From assembly GCA_024275435.1 (NCBI GenBank), contig JAJRZC010000398.1:1-29299 (forward strand): a stretch of DNA of 29,299 nt, given 5' to 3'. Positions 1 through 10,354 of the stretch are shown piece after piece. The notes under the pieces were generated by a model. It saw only the letters and a program-made list of their open reading frames with translations, did not search any database and was not told where the DNA came from. Each line of letters starts with the position of its first letter. Positions within the stretch are counted from its first letter, which is position 1. The stretch is from Alphaproteobacteria bacterium (GTDB lineage: Bacteria > Pseudomonadota > Alphaproteobacteria > Rhizobiales > Hyphomicrobiaceae). A program made the translations under genes and the position numbers.

Positions 1-1362
1 ACCTTCAACGGACAACCGTTCATGCTCTGCTTGCAACCCGATTTCTTCAAGCTTCGATAAAGACCGCAAACGAAGATTCAAAATTGCGTCAGCTTGAACC
101 TTGGACAGCTTGAACGCACTCATCAGCTTTTGCTTGGGCTCGTCCTCATAACGAACAATCCGAATAACCTCGTCGAGATTCAAAAAAGCAATCAGATAGC
201 CATCAAGCACCTCAAGCCGGTGCTCAATCTTTTTCAATCGAAACTGCGAACGCCGCACGAGCACTTCAACTCTGTGCTCAAGCCATTGCTTCAAGACATC
301 TTTTAATGACAAGACATTTGGAACCTGCCCGGCCGAGAGCACGTTCATATTGAGCGAAAACCGTGTTTCAAGATCCGTAAGCTTGAACAGGCTTTCCATC
401 ATAATCACCGGATCGACACTGCGGCTCTTTGGCTCAATAACCAACCTGATATCTTCAGCAGATTCGTCACGAATATCTCCAAGCAGAGGGAGTTTCCGTT
501 CGCTCATCAACTCGGCTATTTTTTCGATCAGTTTTGATTTTTGAACCTGATAGGGAATTTCAGTAATGACAAGTTGATAACTACCGCGGTCCAAATCCTC
601 ACGGAACCACCGAGCCCGAACACGAAAACCACCACGTCCCGTACGATAAGCCTCAAGTATCTGCTCGCGAGGCTCGACAATCAGCCCACCAGTGGGAAAG
701 TCCGGTCCCGGCACAAGCTCGACAATCTTTTCAATTCGCGCATCCGGATGCTTCACCAGGTGCAATAAGGCAGCGCATAACTCATCAACATTATGAGGAG
801 GAATACTCGTCGCCATACCAACGGCGATGCCGGTCGAGCCATTTGCCAGCAGGTTTGGAAAACCCGCCGGCATAACAATCGGTTCGAGGTTCGTCTCGTC
901 ATATGTGGGGCGGAAATCGACCGTGTCTTGGTCAATCCCTTCCATCAATGCCATGGCCGTATCGGTCAGCCGGCTTTCCGTATAGCGCATGGCCGCAGCA
1001 TTATCACCGTCGATATTGCCGAAGTTGCCCTGACCATCGACCATCGGATAGCGAACCGCGAAAGTCTGGGCTAAGCGCACCAGTGCATCATAGATCGACT
1101 GGTCACCATGGGGGTGATAGTTACCCATCACCTCACCAACGATTTTCGCGCATTTTTTATAGCCCGACGCTGGATCGAGCTTTAACTCGCGCATGGCAAA
1201 CAGAATCCGCCGATGAACTGGCTTTAATCCATCTCGCACATCAGGAAGCGCGCGACCCATAATGGTCGATAACGCATAGGCCAAGTATCGCTCCTCAAGG
1301 GCATCCTTGAGGTTCACGTTTTCAATAGGGCCTTCGCCCGGAAGAATCGGTTTATCACTCAT
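1..1362 (-). CDS. parC: Type II topoisomerase A subunit, N-terminal ~454 codons (most likely topoisomerase IV ParC, possibly GyrA). The 5' end is at 1362 and the gene continues past the window start.
   Basis: Reverse-strand translation from the ATG at 1362-1360 reads [60 protein letters not shown]...[52 protein letters not shown]...[18 protein letters not shown]. These are the hallmark GyrA/ParC motifs (LKPVHRR, YHPHGD, catalytic RYTE, IAVGMAT). It is missing from the ORF track because there is no stop inside the window. The ParC-versus-GyrA call rests on the GDQS variant and the position next to recO, and is uncertain. Confidence 0.6.
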   Translation of the reverse strand, partial: MSDKPILPGEGPIENVNLKDALEERYLAYALSTIMGRALPDVRDGLKPVHRRILFAMRELKLDPASGYKKCAKIVGEVMGNYHPHGDQSIYDALVRLAQTFAVRYPMVDGQGNFGNIDGDNAAAMRYTESRLTDTAMALMEGIDQDTVDFRPTYDETNLEPIVMPAGFPNLLANGSTGIAVGMATSIPPHNVDELCAALLHLVKHPDARIEKIVELVPGPDFPTGGLIVEPREQILEAYRTGRGGFRVRARWFREDLDRGSYQLVITEIPYQVQKSKLIEKIAELMSERKLPLLGDIRDESAEDIRLVIEPKSRSVDPVIMMESLFKLTDLETRFSLNMNVLSAGQVPNVLSLKDVLKQWLEHRVEVLVRRSQFRLKKIEHRLEVLDGYLIAFLNLDEVIRIVRYEDEPKQKLMSAFKLSKVQADAILNLRLRSLSKLEEIGLQAEHERLSVEG

Positions 1363-1507
1363 AGCTTATCCGGTAACGCCGCTAGCCTGCCTACTCAAGA
1401 GCTCCATCAGCAACAAGTATAGATATACCCGTTTCTTTCGCAGCAAAATCCCCAAAAACATGAAAAGCCCAGAGAAAAGACACTTTGAACCAGCCAAAGG
1501 CATAATG

Positions 1508-2266
1508 TCACAAACGTGCAATTTCCGACACCAGGCGCAGCCGCGGCTCTGGCAATTGTTGCTCCCGAGCACGATAAACTCGCGATTCGAGAAAATACCC
1601 CGTTAGCGCCAATCCATCTAAAACATCCCCCTCGCCAACCGTGGATTTGCGCTCAATTTGTGAACCAGGTCCCTGCGTGCAAGGCAAGCCGGCCACCAGG
1701 AAACCAGGCAATGCAAACAAACGATCCTTATAAGGCTCACCTGCTGCAGCACTGACCGCACGCCCCGACTTTGGCGAAACATAAACAAGGTCCTTGTCGG
1801 AACCGGTGGCTGCACAAACACTTAAATCGAGCCCAAACCCCAACTCTTCCAGCAAGGCAAGTTCCCAGCGAACCAGTAATGCCGGCCATACGCGATCTTC
1901 ATCAATAAACCCCAGCACAAAAAGTGAAATCTCAAACAAGCTGGGATGTGGATCTCTCTCAGGCAACAGCCGGAGCAACGCGCACATTGAAGAAAGTGCT
2001 GCAAGACGCGCAGGAGAGTCCATCGCCGAGGCCGCATACCCCTTTCGCAGTTCTAAGGAATAATGCCCTAACTGTTCGGAAATGCGTGCGCGCCACGACG
2101 CATCCAAGTGATTCCCGATTTGTAAAACCGGCCTCAGCCTGCGTGAACGCCCACCATGAACAAGTCCCATGTGCCTGCCATTCACACGCGTAAATAACTC
2201 AGCCACCGCGGCAGTTTCACCATGCGGGCGCACCGAAAGCACGATTCCTTCGTCAGACCATTCCAT
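1508..2266 (-). CDS. recO: DNA repair protein RecO
   Basis: 252-aa ORF starting MEWSDEGIVLSVRPHGETAAVAELFTRVNGRHMGLVHGG, a typical alphaproteobacterial RecO N-terminus. It lies at the end of the conserved lepB-rnc-era-recO gene string. Confidence 0.88.
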   Translation of the reverse strand: MEWSDEGIVLSVRPHGETAAVAELFTRVNGRHMGLVHGGRSRRLRPVLQIGNHLDASWRARISEQLGHYSLELRKGYAASAMDSPARLAALSSMCALLRLLPERDPHPSLFEISLFVLGFIDEDRVWPALLVRWELALLEELGFGLDLSVCAATGSDKDLVYVSPKSGRAVSAAAGEPYKDRLFALPGFLVAGLPCTQGPGSQIERKSTVGEGDVLDGLALTGYFLESRVYRAREQQLPEPRLRLVSEIARL

Positions 2267-2315
2267 GTGCTAAAATCCGGCTGTTTACCCCACCGCACCA
2301 AAACTCTGCCGCCAC

Positions 2316-3317
2316 CTATTTTTTGGGGAAATCAAGCCCCATTTCACGGTATCGTTCAGGGTCCCTCTGCCAACCTTCACGCACTTTGACAAACAAAAAC
2401 AGGTGCACCGGCCCCGGAAGTATCTTGGCAAGATCTTCACGCGCCTCCGATGATATCTGCTTGATCATCGCACCGCCCTTGCCAAGCACGATAGATTTCT
2501 GGCTATCACGCTCCACAAAAATGGTTTGCTCAATACGCACGGCCTTTTTTCGCAACTTCTTCCAAGACGTTGTCTCAACCGTAATGGCATATGGCAACTC
2601 ATTGTGCAGCCACTTGTATATTTTCTCACGCGTTATTTCTGACGCCACCACGCGCATCGGGGCATCTGAGATATCATCTTCAGGATAATGCCATGGTCCT
2701 TCGGGAACGCTACGCGCGAGATAGTCTTTCATTTCATCCAGACCATCTTTGCTTAATGCCGATATCATGAACACCTGATCAAAGGTAAGTTTGCTTGAAA
2801 GAGTTTGAGCCAACCCCAGTAGCTCCCCCTTGTCTTTCACCCTGTCGCTCTTGTTTAAAACAAGAATTGTCTTTCCTCGCGCCCCGACAAGCTTTTCAAC
2901 GATGCGCTCAAGGTCCTCATCAACACCCTTTGCAGCGTCAACAATGAGCGCATTCACATCAGCATCGCCAACCCCACCCCACGCCGAGGCAACCATGGCC
3001 TTGTCAAGCTGACGCTTGGGTGTGAAAATACCCGGCGTATCGATGAATATGATCTGACTGGTCCCAAAGATTGCAATCCCGCGCAACGGGGCGCGTGTCG
3101 TCTGAACCTTGTGAGAGACAATTGAAACCTTTGCTCCAACAAGAGCGTTGACCAGAGTCGATTTTCCCGCGTTCGTCGGCCCGATAACCGCAACAAATCC
3201 ACAGCGGCGGTTTTCATGGCTCTGCTTATTGTCAGAAACATTTTGGTCAGCCTTCAAGGCACCATCACCAGCCTTAACAAAAGCTTCTATTTTATCTTTC
3301 TTCTCTTCCTCACTCAT
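2316..3317 (-). CDS. era: GTPase Era, with a ~35-aa K/E-rich N-terminal extension
   Basis: G1 motif GPTNAGKST, G3 DTPG and G4 NKSD, plus a C-terminal KH domain (VLGKGGAMIKQI). It sits 3 nt downstream of rnc. Confidence 0.95.
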   Translation of the reverse strand: MSEEEKKDKIEAFVKAGDGALKADQNVSDNKQSHENRRCGFVAVIGPTNAGKSTLVNALVGAKVSIVSHKVQTTRAPLRGIAIFGTSQIIFIDTPGIFTPKRQLDKAMVASAWGGVGDADVNALIVDAAKGVDEDLERIVEKLVGARGKTILVLNKSDRVKDKGELLGLAQTLSSKLTFDQVFMISALSKDGLDEMKDYLARSVPEGPWHYPEDDISDAPMRVVASEITREKIYKWLHNELPYAITVETTSWKKLRKKAVRIEQTIFVERDSQKSIVLGKGGAMIKQISSEAREDLAKILPGPVHLFLFVKVREGWQRDPERYREMGLDFPKK

Positions 3318-3320
3318 GAC

Positions 3321-4025
3321 TTAGCGCGTGCCTTCCCATATGCTCTCTTGGACGAGCATTGCTTTCGCCGCCGCCTGCTCGGAAGCCCGCTTTGAGTTCC
3401 CCTCACCCCGCGCTGTTTTACCATTGGCCAACCGGACCTCTGTTTTAAAGACAGGCTCATGATCAGGCCCTGAACGTTCAACCACTTCGTAGGAAGGCAA
3501 AGCAAGGCCACGTCCCTGGGCCCACTCCTGCAATGCAGATTTGGCGTCAACCACAGTCGACGACAAGTCTTGATCCTCAAGTTGTCCCCATAGCGTTACA
3601 ACCAAGCGCTTGGCCTTTTCATAACCGCCATCCAGAAATACAGCCGCCAATAAAGCCTCGACCGCATCAGCAACGATCGTCGTTTTTGCACGCCCACCGC
3701 TTTTTTCCTCTGCTTCTGATAAAAACAGGTGGGCACCAAGCCCAAGCAGTTCTCCTATCCGTGCGCACGTCTCCCGGCGCACCAGACGGTTAAACCGTCG
3801 CGCCAACTCGCCTTCATCTGCATTTGGAAAAAGCTCGGCAAGATATTCGGCAATAACAAGTCCCAGAACACGGTCCCCGACAAACTCCAGTCTCTCATTA
3901 TCCGTAGCGTTACGTTTGCCGTTGTTTGCACTCGAATGCGTTAGAGCACGTCGAAGCAGATCCTGATTTTTGAAACGATACCCAAGAGCCTTCTCAAGCA
4001 CATGAAATTCACGTTTCCTCAGCAT
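3321..4025 (-). CDS. rnc: Ribonuclease III
   Basis: RNase III signature ERLEFVGDRVLGLVIAEYL and a C-terminal dsRBD. The ORF-track start at 4052 is a TTG codon; the first ATG at 4025 gives MLRKREFHVLEKALGYRF and is the likelier start. Confidence 0.93.
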   Translation of the reverse strand: MLRKREFHVLEKALGYRFKNQDLLRRALTHSSANNGKRNATDNERLEFVGDRVLGLVIAEYLAELFPNADEGELARRFNRLVRRETCARIGELLGLGAHLFLSEAEEKSGGRAKTTIVADAVEALLAAVFLDGGYEKAKRLVVTLWGQLEDQDLSSTVVDAKSALQEWAQGRGLALPSYEVVERSGPDHEPVFKTEVRLANGKTARGEGNSKRASEQAAAKAMLVQESIWEGTR

Positions 4026-4056
4026 CGCAGAACCATCACACTGCTCCAGCAAGAAA

Positions 4057-4824
4057 TCATCTCACAAACCTGAAAAAGCGGCTCCAGCGAATGCTACCGG
4101 GCCATTCCCATGGCGCCCACCATCGAAAAGCATCCTCTTCATCAACAGCACCAGAAAAGAAGATGATCTGGGCCTTGCCGATAAGGTTTTGATACGGCAC
4201 ATAACCCACCCCCCATAGCGCCCTGCTATCGGTGGAGTTATCCCGGTTATCTCCCATCATGAAATAGTGTCCTTTGGGGACTTTATAAGGCCCGACATTA
4301 TCAAACGGGCCATCTGTTTCCGCATCCAGTACCGAGTAAGTTACTCCGTTTGGCAGTGTCTCTTTATACTTCGCTATGCGACGCGGCGCCCCCTTCAGGC
4401 CGGTATCAACGAACACCCCATCCCGCACCCGTTTCACTTCTTCACCGTTGATGAACAAAATCCCGCCACGCACGATAATCTCGTCACCAGGAAGACCAAT
4501 AACGCGCTTGATGTAATCTGTTTCATTATCTCGCGGCAGCTTGAAGACAACCACATCTCCCCGTTTTGGCTCGGCGCCAAAAAGCCGCCCGTCAAATAAG
4601 TTCGGTGCCCAGGGAAACGAATACCTGCTGTAGCCGTAGGATAGTTTAGAAACAAACAAATAGTCGCCAACCAGCAACGTCGATTTCATTGAGCCCGATG
4701 GAATATTAAACGGCTGGAAAAAGAACACACGAACAACAAGCGCAATAACCAAAGCTTGTAGGATGATCTTGATGCTTTCACTTATCCCGCTCTGGCGTGC
4801 ACTTTTTCCTGAACCAGCAACCAT
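4057..4824 (-). CDS. lepB: Signal peptidase I
   Basis: N-terminal TM helix and the catalytic Ser box SGSMKSTLLVGDYLFVSKLSYG, plus a Lys box region. It is the first gene of the lepB-rnc-era-recO string. Confidence 0.9.
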   Translation of the reverse strand: MVAGSGKSARQSGISESIKIILQALVIALVVRVFFFQPFNIPSGSMKSTLLVGDYLFVSKLSYGYSRYSFPWAPNLFDGRLFGAEPKRGDVVVFKLPRDNETDYIKRVIGLPGDEIIVRGGILFINGEEVKRVRDGVFVDTGLKGAPRRIAKYKETLPNGVTYSVLDAETDGPFDNVGPYKVPKGHYFMMGDNRDNSTDSRALWGVGYVPYQNLIGKAQIIFFSGAVDEEDAFRWWAPWEWPGSIRWSRFFRFVR

Positions 4825-5016
4825 ATTAAATTCCTTCGAGAGCCATGCGGGTCATTCCAACTCAAATAGTTTTTGAGAAATTGCATAAGATTAAACCGAA
4901 CCCAGCCTGACTAACGAGTTCAACTCAAACCAGCAAAAACCATAAAGCCGATGAGATCTTATCGCTCAAGGCGACCGACACGCTATAAACCATTGTCGAA
5001 CGCTCTGGCAACCAAT

Positions 5017-5787
5017 CTACACCTTATTGGTAACTTCCAAGCGTGCTTCACTCATGAGCCGTCTCATACGACTCACGGCTTCATTCAGGCCAGTGAAAAT
5101 AGCCTCGCCAATAAGAAAATGACCGATATTCAATTCTACAATCTGCGGCATCCTGGCCACAGCAGCAACAGTGTTGTAGGTCAGTCCATGACCTGCATGA
5201 ACCTCCAGACCACACTCATGGGCAAGTCTGACGGCCGATCCCAGTCGCTCAAGCTCACTTGCCACCCCGTCAACATCATCAGCCAAAGCCAGATTCGCAT
5301 AAGCACCTGTATGAAATTCCACAATATCGGCACCAATTTGCTTTGAGGCTTTAACGACATCAGGATCAGGCTCGATAAATAACGAAACACGGATGCCAGC
5401 GCCCTTCAAGCGCGCAACGGCTTCCGAAAGACCAACTCCGCCACCAATAACGTCAAGACCGCCTTCAGTCGTGCGTTCCTCACGCCGTTCTGGTACCAGA
5501 CAACAAGCGTTCGGAACATGCCGCAAAGCAATGGCAACCATTTCCTCCGTAGCCGCCATTTCAAAATTCAAAGGACGTGTGAGTTCTGCCTTGAGCCGGG
5601 CCATATCAGTGTCGCTAATGTGACGCCGGTCTTCACGAAGGTGCGCCGTAATACCATCAGCACCGGCAGCCACCGCCATATGAGCCGCCCGCAGTGGATC
5701 AGGATGTCGCCCTCCCCGTGCATTTCTAATTGTTGCAACGTGATCGATATTGACCCCGAGGCGAAGCTCTCTGACTCTTGCCAGCAT
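5017..5787 (-). CDS. pdxJ: Pyridoxine 5'-phosphate synthase PdxJ
   Basis: [23 protein letters not shown]... is the canonical PdxJ TIM-barrel N-terminus. The ORF-track start at 5850 is a TTG codon; the ATG at 5787 ([16 protein letters not shown]) gives the expected ~256 aa. Confidence 0.9.
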   Translation of the reverse strand: MLARVRELRLGVNIDHVATIRNARGGRHPDPLRAAHMAVAAGADGITAHLREDRRHISDTDMARLKAELTRPLNFEMAATEEMVAIALRHVPNACCLVPERREERTTEGGLDVIGGGVGLSEAVARLKGAGIRVSLFIEPDPDVVKASKQIGADIVEFHTGAYANLALADDVDGVASELERLGSAVRLAHECGLEVHAGHGLTYNTVAAVARMPQIVELNIGHFLIGEAIFTGLNEAVSRMRRLMSEARLEVTNKV

Positions 5788-6080
5788 TCTAGACTCCGTG
5801 CCGCTTGCAAAGGAGGAAAAAAAGTCAATCCTCTTGACCGAAACAAGCAATTTAGGGCGTCAACTCATAAGTGTCTATAAAGCCACCAAAAAAACTCAAA
5901 GCCAATAAAGCACAAGAGTTTACCATGAAGATTGACCAGTAATTCTGGACCGGAAAAGACACCGCAATCAGCGCCTCGCCTGCTGTCCGCCGATACCATT
6001 CCAACAGACGGTCACCGCATTCATCTTCGGCGGAAAAACCAGCTCTCAGCTCAGGATTTGAAAGAGTTCAAATCGTAAAC

Positions 6081-6704
6081 TTAGTGCGCAGGATCATAGG
6101 TCCCTAAAAACTCTCCCAGTGGAGCGCCATTCCCAAATGGAGACAGTGGTCGCCTTCTTTCCCTATGTGCAATAGCGGCACGCTTACACATCACATAAAA
6201 GAAGCCAGACACAATCAATCCAATGGGGATGACACCCACCATCATCGGCTTGAAGAAAGGCCACACCAACGCGCCGGCCGTCCAGATCATGCTGGGAGAA
6301 AAGTTGCTAACCGCAACAGAAAAGGCTGCCAGTTCATCTTTCAAAACAGCATCGCCCAGCGCTCCAGGTATTCCAAGCATGAAACACCCAACCCAATAGG
6401 TGATCGGCCAGAATATTGCCCAGATCAAAGGATTGCCGAAGAAGGTACCGAGCATCGCCGCAGCGAAACTAGCACGCAGCATGAGCGCAAGCACTCCAGC
6501 TAGGATCATCTGCAATCCCACAAGCGGAGTCAAAGAGGCGAAAACGCCAATAGCACAACCAAGCGCCAACTGATGCGGCGTCTCTCGAACGCGCATCAAC
6601 CGATACTTGACGTACTTGAACGAGCGTTCCCAGCTCCGCCGCGGCCAAAGTAAAACCCGAACTTGCTCCCACAGCGTCGCCGGTTCGCGTCGCTTAAACA
6701 GCAT
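6081..6704 (-). CDS. DUF2062-family inner-membrane protein
   Basis: 207-aa ORF with 4-5 predicted TM helices and the segment PHQLALGCAIGVFASLTPLVGLQMILAGVLALMLRASFAAAMLGTFFGNP, typical of DUF2062. The family assignment is from memory. Confidence 0.6.
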   Translation of the reverse strand: MLFKRREPATLWEQVRVLLWPRRSWERSFKYVKYRLMRVRETPHQLALGCAIGVFASLTPLVGLQMILAGVLALMLRASFAAAMLGTFFGNPLIWAIFWPITYWVGCFMLGIPGALGDAVLKDELAAFSVAVSNFSPSMIWTAGALVWPFFKPMMVGVIPIGLIVSGFFYVMCKRAAIAHRERRRPLSPFGNGAPLGEFLGTYDPAH

Positions 6705-6767
6705 GGAGTATGCGTCTCCTGTATTTCCCTCAGAACCTATTCTAGTGGCCCTGGAATCGTGAGTCTA

Positions 6768-9059
6768 TCAATCGAATACGCGTTGGGCACTTGAAACAAC
6801 ACTTTTTGCATTCAACCCTTTAATGATGTGGTTGAGATGTGACAGGTCCCAAACCTCTATTTCGATACGCATTTCCGTAAAATCAACCCCCCGCCGGATC
6901 ATGCGCAAATGATCTATATTGCCATCCTCTTCACCTATCAATTTGGCGATCTGAGCCAATGTTCCTGGTTCGTTTAGAGCAACAACATTGATTGCCGCCA
7001 TAAACCGTTCCGGATTGTTCTCATCAATATCCCAGGTAACATCGATCCAATCCGCATGCTCATAATCCTTCAAACGAGGAGAATGGACTTGAAATATCCG
7101 TATACCCTCATCCGGCACCATGACGCCCACAATCCTATCTCCAGGAACTGCCCCCACAGCGTCAAACACCACCGGTAAATCATAATTGAGGCCACGAATG
7201 GGAAGCCCAACACCAGATGCGTCCCTTTTTTGCCTTTCATCATGACCGGCCCCAGCGCCCAAACGAAACTGTAATCCCATAACTTTGGATAAATTGAACC
7301 AACCTTCGCCGTTGGCCCGGCGCCCCCAACGCGACCTTGAAAAACGCCGCCGTTTCTTTCTTCTTTCCTGCTTATCCCCTTCGGGAAAGTTCACATCCGG
7401 CAGACATGCCTTCATAACATTCCTGGTTGAAATTTCATTGCGCCCAACACTGGCAAGAAGATCCTCCACAGTCTTCTGTCCACCACCTAACCGAGGCAGA
7501 GCTTCCTTGAGAAGTTCTTCATTGTAGGTTTGAGAATGGGCCTCAAAAGTGCGCACAAGCAACCGCCGACCAAGCCCACTATATTGTTTACGCACAGCTT
7601 CACGCGCGGCACGACGCACCGCACTGCGCGCACGCCCCGTCACCGCAAACCCTTCCCAAGCTGCAGGGTGTGTATGGGCCTTTGAAGTCAAAATCTCCAC
7701 TTCATCCCCATTTCGCAACTGTGTATCTATGGGCATATGTCGGCCATTCACAGTTGCGCCTACGGCACAATTTCCAACATCGGAATGAACAGCATAAGCA
7801 AAATCAAGCGGTGTCGCCCCCTGTGGCAGGGCGATCAAGCGGCCCTTTGGCGTAAAGCAAAACACTTGGTCACGAAATAATTCCAGCTTGGTATGCTCAA
7901 GAAACTCCTCGGAATTTGCACCCTCCAGTAATGTTTCAACCAGCCTCCGCAACCATGTATAAGGGCTGCTATCGTGATCCAGAGAAACAGCTGCGACTTC
8001 CCCCGCCGAGGCGGCACTCGAAGAAGACTGAAACTTATAATAAACGTGCGAGGCCACACCATACTCAGCAACATTATGCATGGCATGAGTACGTATTTGC
8101 AGCTCTACGCGTTGGTATCGTGGTCCCACAACCGTCGTATGAATAGACTGGTAACCATTGGGCTTAGGAGTGGAAATATAGTCCTTAAACAAACCCGGCA
8201 CCGCACTCCAGGAAGCGTGTACGAGACCAAGCACTTTGTAACAATCAGACACCTCTTCAACACAGACCCGAAATCCATAAATATCAGATAGCTGCTCTAG
8301 GCTGATCTGCTTGTTGCCCATTTTTCGCCAAATGGAATAGGGTTTTTTTTCTCGCCCCGTAACATTGCCCTCGATCCCAGCCTCAGCCAACTTGGTGACC
8401 AGGGCACTTCGAATTTCCTCAACGAGTCCCTTGTTTTTCTCTCGAAGTTTTACAAGCTTTTCATTGACCGTTTGAAACGCTTCCGGATGCAGCCAGCGGA
8501 ACGAAAGGTTTTCAAGCTCCTCGCGCAGAGCCTGCATGCCCATCCGGCCTGCAAGTGGCGCATAAATATCCAACGTCTCTTCCGAGATACGCTTTCGCCC
8601 ACCAACACTCATATGCTCCAGCGTACGCATGTTGTGAAGCCTATCGGCAAGCTTCACAAGCAACACCCGAATGTCGCTGGAAATTGCGATCAAAAGCTTA
8701 CGAAAATTCTCAGCCTGTTGCGTCTTCTTGGAAACGAGATCAAGACGCCGGATTTTTGTAAGCCCATCAACCAGCGCACCGATCTCAGAACCAAAGAGCT
8801 GATCAATTTCAGCGCGAGTTGCCTCGGTATCTTCAATAACGTCGTGCAACAACGCAGTCACAATCGTAGCTGCATCGAGCTTCAAATCCGTCAAAATAGC
8901 CGCAACTTCCAACGGATGAGAAAAATACGGATCGCCCGATTTCCGTTTTTGATGACCGTGCGCTTTCATCGCGTAAACATAAGCACGATTCAAAAGCGCC
9001 TCATCGGCATCCGGGTCATAGCTTTGAACGAGCTCAACCAATTCGTATTGGCGCATCAT
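6768..9059 (-). CDS. rsh: Bifunctional (p)ppGpp synthetase/hydrolase Rsh (RelA/SpoT homologue)
   Basis: HD-domain motif HGHQKRKSGDPYFSHPLEVAAILTDLKLDAATIVTALLHDVIEDT, a synthetase domain, and TGS and ACT regions. The ORF-track start at 9251 is rejected because it overlaps rpoZ and a terminator; the conserved start MMRQYELVELVQSY at 9059 gives ~763 aa. Confidence 0.93.
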   Translation of the reverse strand: MMRQYELVELVQSYDPDADEALLNRAYVYAMKAHGHQKRKSGDPYFSHPLEVAAILTDLKLDAATIVTALLHDVIEDTEATRAEIDQLFGSEIGALVDGLTKIRRLDLVSKKTQQAENFRKLLIAISSDIRVLLVKLADRLHNMRTLEHMSVGGRKRISEETLDIYAPLAGRMGMQALREELENLSFRWLHPEAFQTVNEKLVKLREKNKGLVEEIRSALVTKLAEAGIEGNVTGREKKPYSIWRKMGNKQISLEQLSDIYGFRVCVEEVSDCYKVLGLVHASWSAVPGLFKDYISTPKPNGYQSIHTTVVGPRYQRVELQIRTHAMHNVAEYGVASHVYYKFQSSSSAASAGEVAAVSLDHDSSPYTWLRRLVETLLEGANSEEFLEHTKLELFRDQVFCFTPKGRLIALPQGATPLDFAYAVHSDVGNCAVGATVNGRHMPIDTQLRNGDEVEILTSKAHTHPAAWEGFAVTGRARSAVRRAAREAVRKQYSGLGRRLLVRTFEAHSQTYNEELLKEALPRLGGGQKTVEDLLASVGRNEISTRNVMKACLPDVNFPEGDKQERRKKRRRFSRSRWGRRANGEGWFNLSKVMGLQFRLGAGAGHDERQKRDASGVGLPIRGLNYDLPVVFDAVGAVPGDRIVGVMVPDEGIRIFQVHSPRLKDYEHADWIDVTWDIDENNPERFMAAINVVALNEPGTLAQIAKLIGEEDGNIDHLRMIRRGVDFTEMRIEIEVWDLSHLNHIIKGLNAKSVVSSAQRVFD

Positions 9060-9160
9060 GAGTGTGTTCGTTTCCCATTGAAAAACTAGATTTTCGAAGG
9101 ATCGGAATTCACAGGTCGTGTTGTCAACTACCCATTGCAACCCAGCAAATCTTTTTGCCA

Positions 9161-9198
9161 AAAAACGAAATAAAAAAGGCGGAGCATAGCCCCGCCTC
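9161..9198 (-). terminator. Intrinsic terminator or attenuator between rpoZ and rsh
   Basis: On the minus strand: AGGCGGGGC-tat-GCUCCGCCU, a stem of about 9 bp with one G.U pair, followed by UUUUUUAUUUCGUUUUUU. Confidence 0.6.
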
Positions 9199-9219
9199 AA
9201 TCGCGAAAACGAACAAGGA

Positions 9220-9642
9220 CTAACGTCCCCGCTCGCGACCACCAGCACCAATTGCTGAAGGCTCTGAAGGCGTCAAGGTTTCAAGACCGCGAAGCAACTG
9301 CTCCTCGGTCAAGACATCAACGACAGTGTCGTTTGAAAAGTCATCTCGACCCAGAATTGGACCACGGCGCTCGACTTCAAGCACGGGCGCAGCGCCTTCT
9401 TCAGGTTCATCCACCTCAACATTCTTCTGTAGGGAATGAATCAGCCCTTCACGCATATCCTCGACAGGTATCGTCTCCCCGGCAATTTCACGAAGGGCTA
9501 TCACCGGATTTTTGTCATTGTCTGGATCAATCGTAAGAGCACCGCCACCGGCAATAGAACGCGCGCGATGGGCTGCGAGCAAGACCAGTTCAAATCTATT
9601 TGGAACTTTCTCGACGCAATCCTCAACCGTCACACGAGCCAT
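9220..9642 (-). CDS. rpoZ: DNA-directed RNA polymerase subunit omega
   Basis: [33 protein letters not shown] is the canonical RpoZ N-terminus, and the gene is in the classic position upstream of rsh/spoT. The long C-terminal tail is typical of alphaproteobacteria. Confidence 0.9.
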   Translation of the reverse strand: MARVTVEDCVEKVPNRFELVLLAAHRARSIAGGGALTIDPDNDKNPVIALREIAGETIPVEDMREGLIHSLQKNVEVDEPEEGAAPVLEVERRGPILGRDDFSNDTVVDVLTEEQLLRGLETLTPSEPSAIGAGGRERGR

Positions 9643-10354
9643 ATTGGTACCCTCTAATGTTCAAGTATGGTGATCAATCACCGGAAGTCATGATCCGATA
9701 AATACCGTAAGGAACCCAATTGATTGTAGAGACAATTGAGAAGCCACGAATAACCATGATGATTTGCCCAGCAAAACGCAACCCGACAGCGTGAGCCCGA
9801 GCCAAAGTCTAAGTGGCATGATCTTCTGAGTTTGGCAAGACCTTAGGACTCTTTTGATCTTAGAAACAAAATAACCTTGCTTTTTTGCCGAAATATCAAT
9901 TCCACACATCAACACAACGAAGTCCTTGGAACTCATTGCAAACCAAGTTGCCTAAAACTTACGTAAGACAAATTCACCGAAATATTTCCGATATATAACG
10001 CGAGGAGCTAATCAAAAGTGTCGCACACCCGCAACCTTGACGCTCGACTTATCAAGCACCTAGTAACACCCTGAATAAACAACCTTAAAACAGAAATGGC
10101 GAAATATTGTTTCATTTTTGCCCTCGCCAAAAATCTGTTATGCACAAGCAGCAGATAACAGGAAGCGAAACTCCAAGGCATACTGAATTTTAGTGAATCT
10201 AAAAATGACACATCACAAACAATCACTCATCCATGAGTAATATTTCAGCAAGTAATAAAACTTAAATCAAACCACCTAATGCAATTTCAAGAAACAACAA
10301 ATGCCATATCAGTTATAGTATAGCGTTTATGGATATAATTTGAAGGATAACTTC

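Noticed and set aside
94-1262. Several 60-120-aa + strand ORFs at the window start
   Set aside because: All are antisense to the continuous parC/gyrA-family reading frame, which shows unambiguous topoisomerase motifs.
9060-9251. A 64-codon N-terminal extension of the rsh ORF in the six-frame track
   Set aside because: It overlaps the 3' end of rpoZ and the rpoZ terminator. The conserved Rsh N-terminus (MMRQYELVE...) starts at 9059, and the extension has no protein-like conservation.
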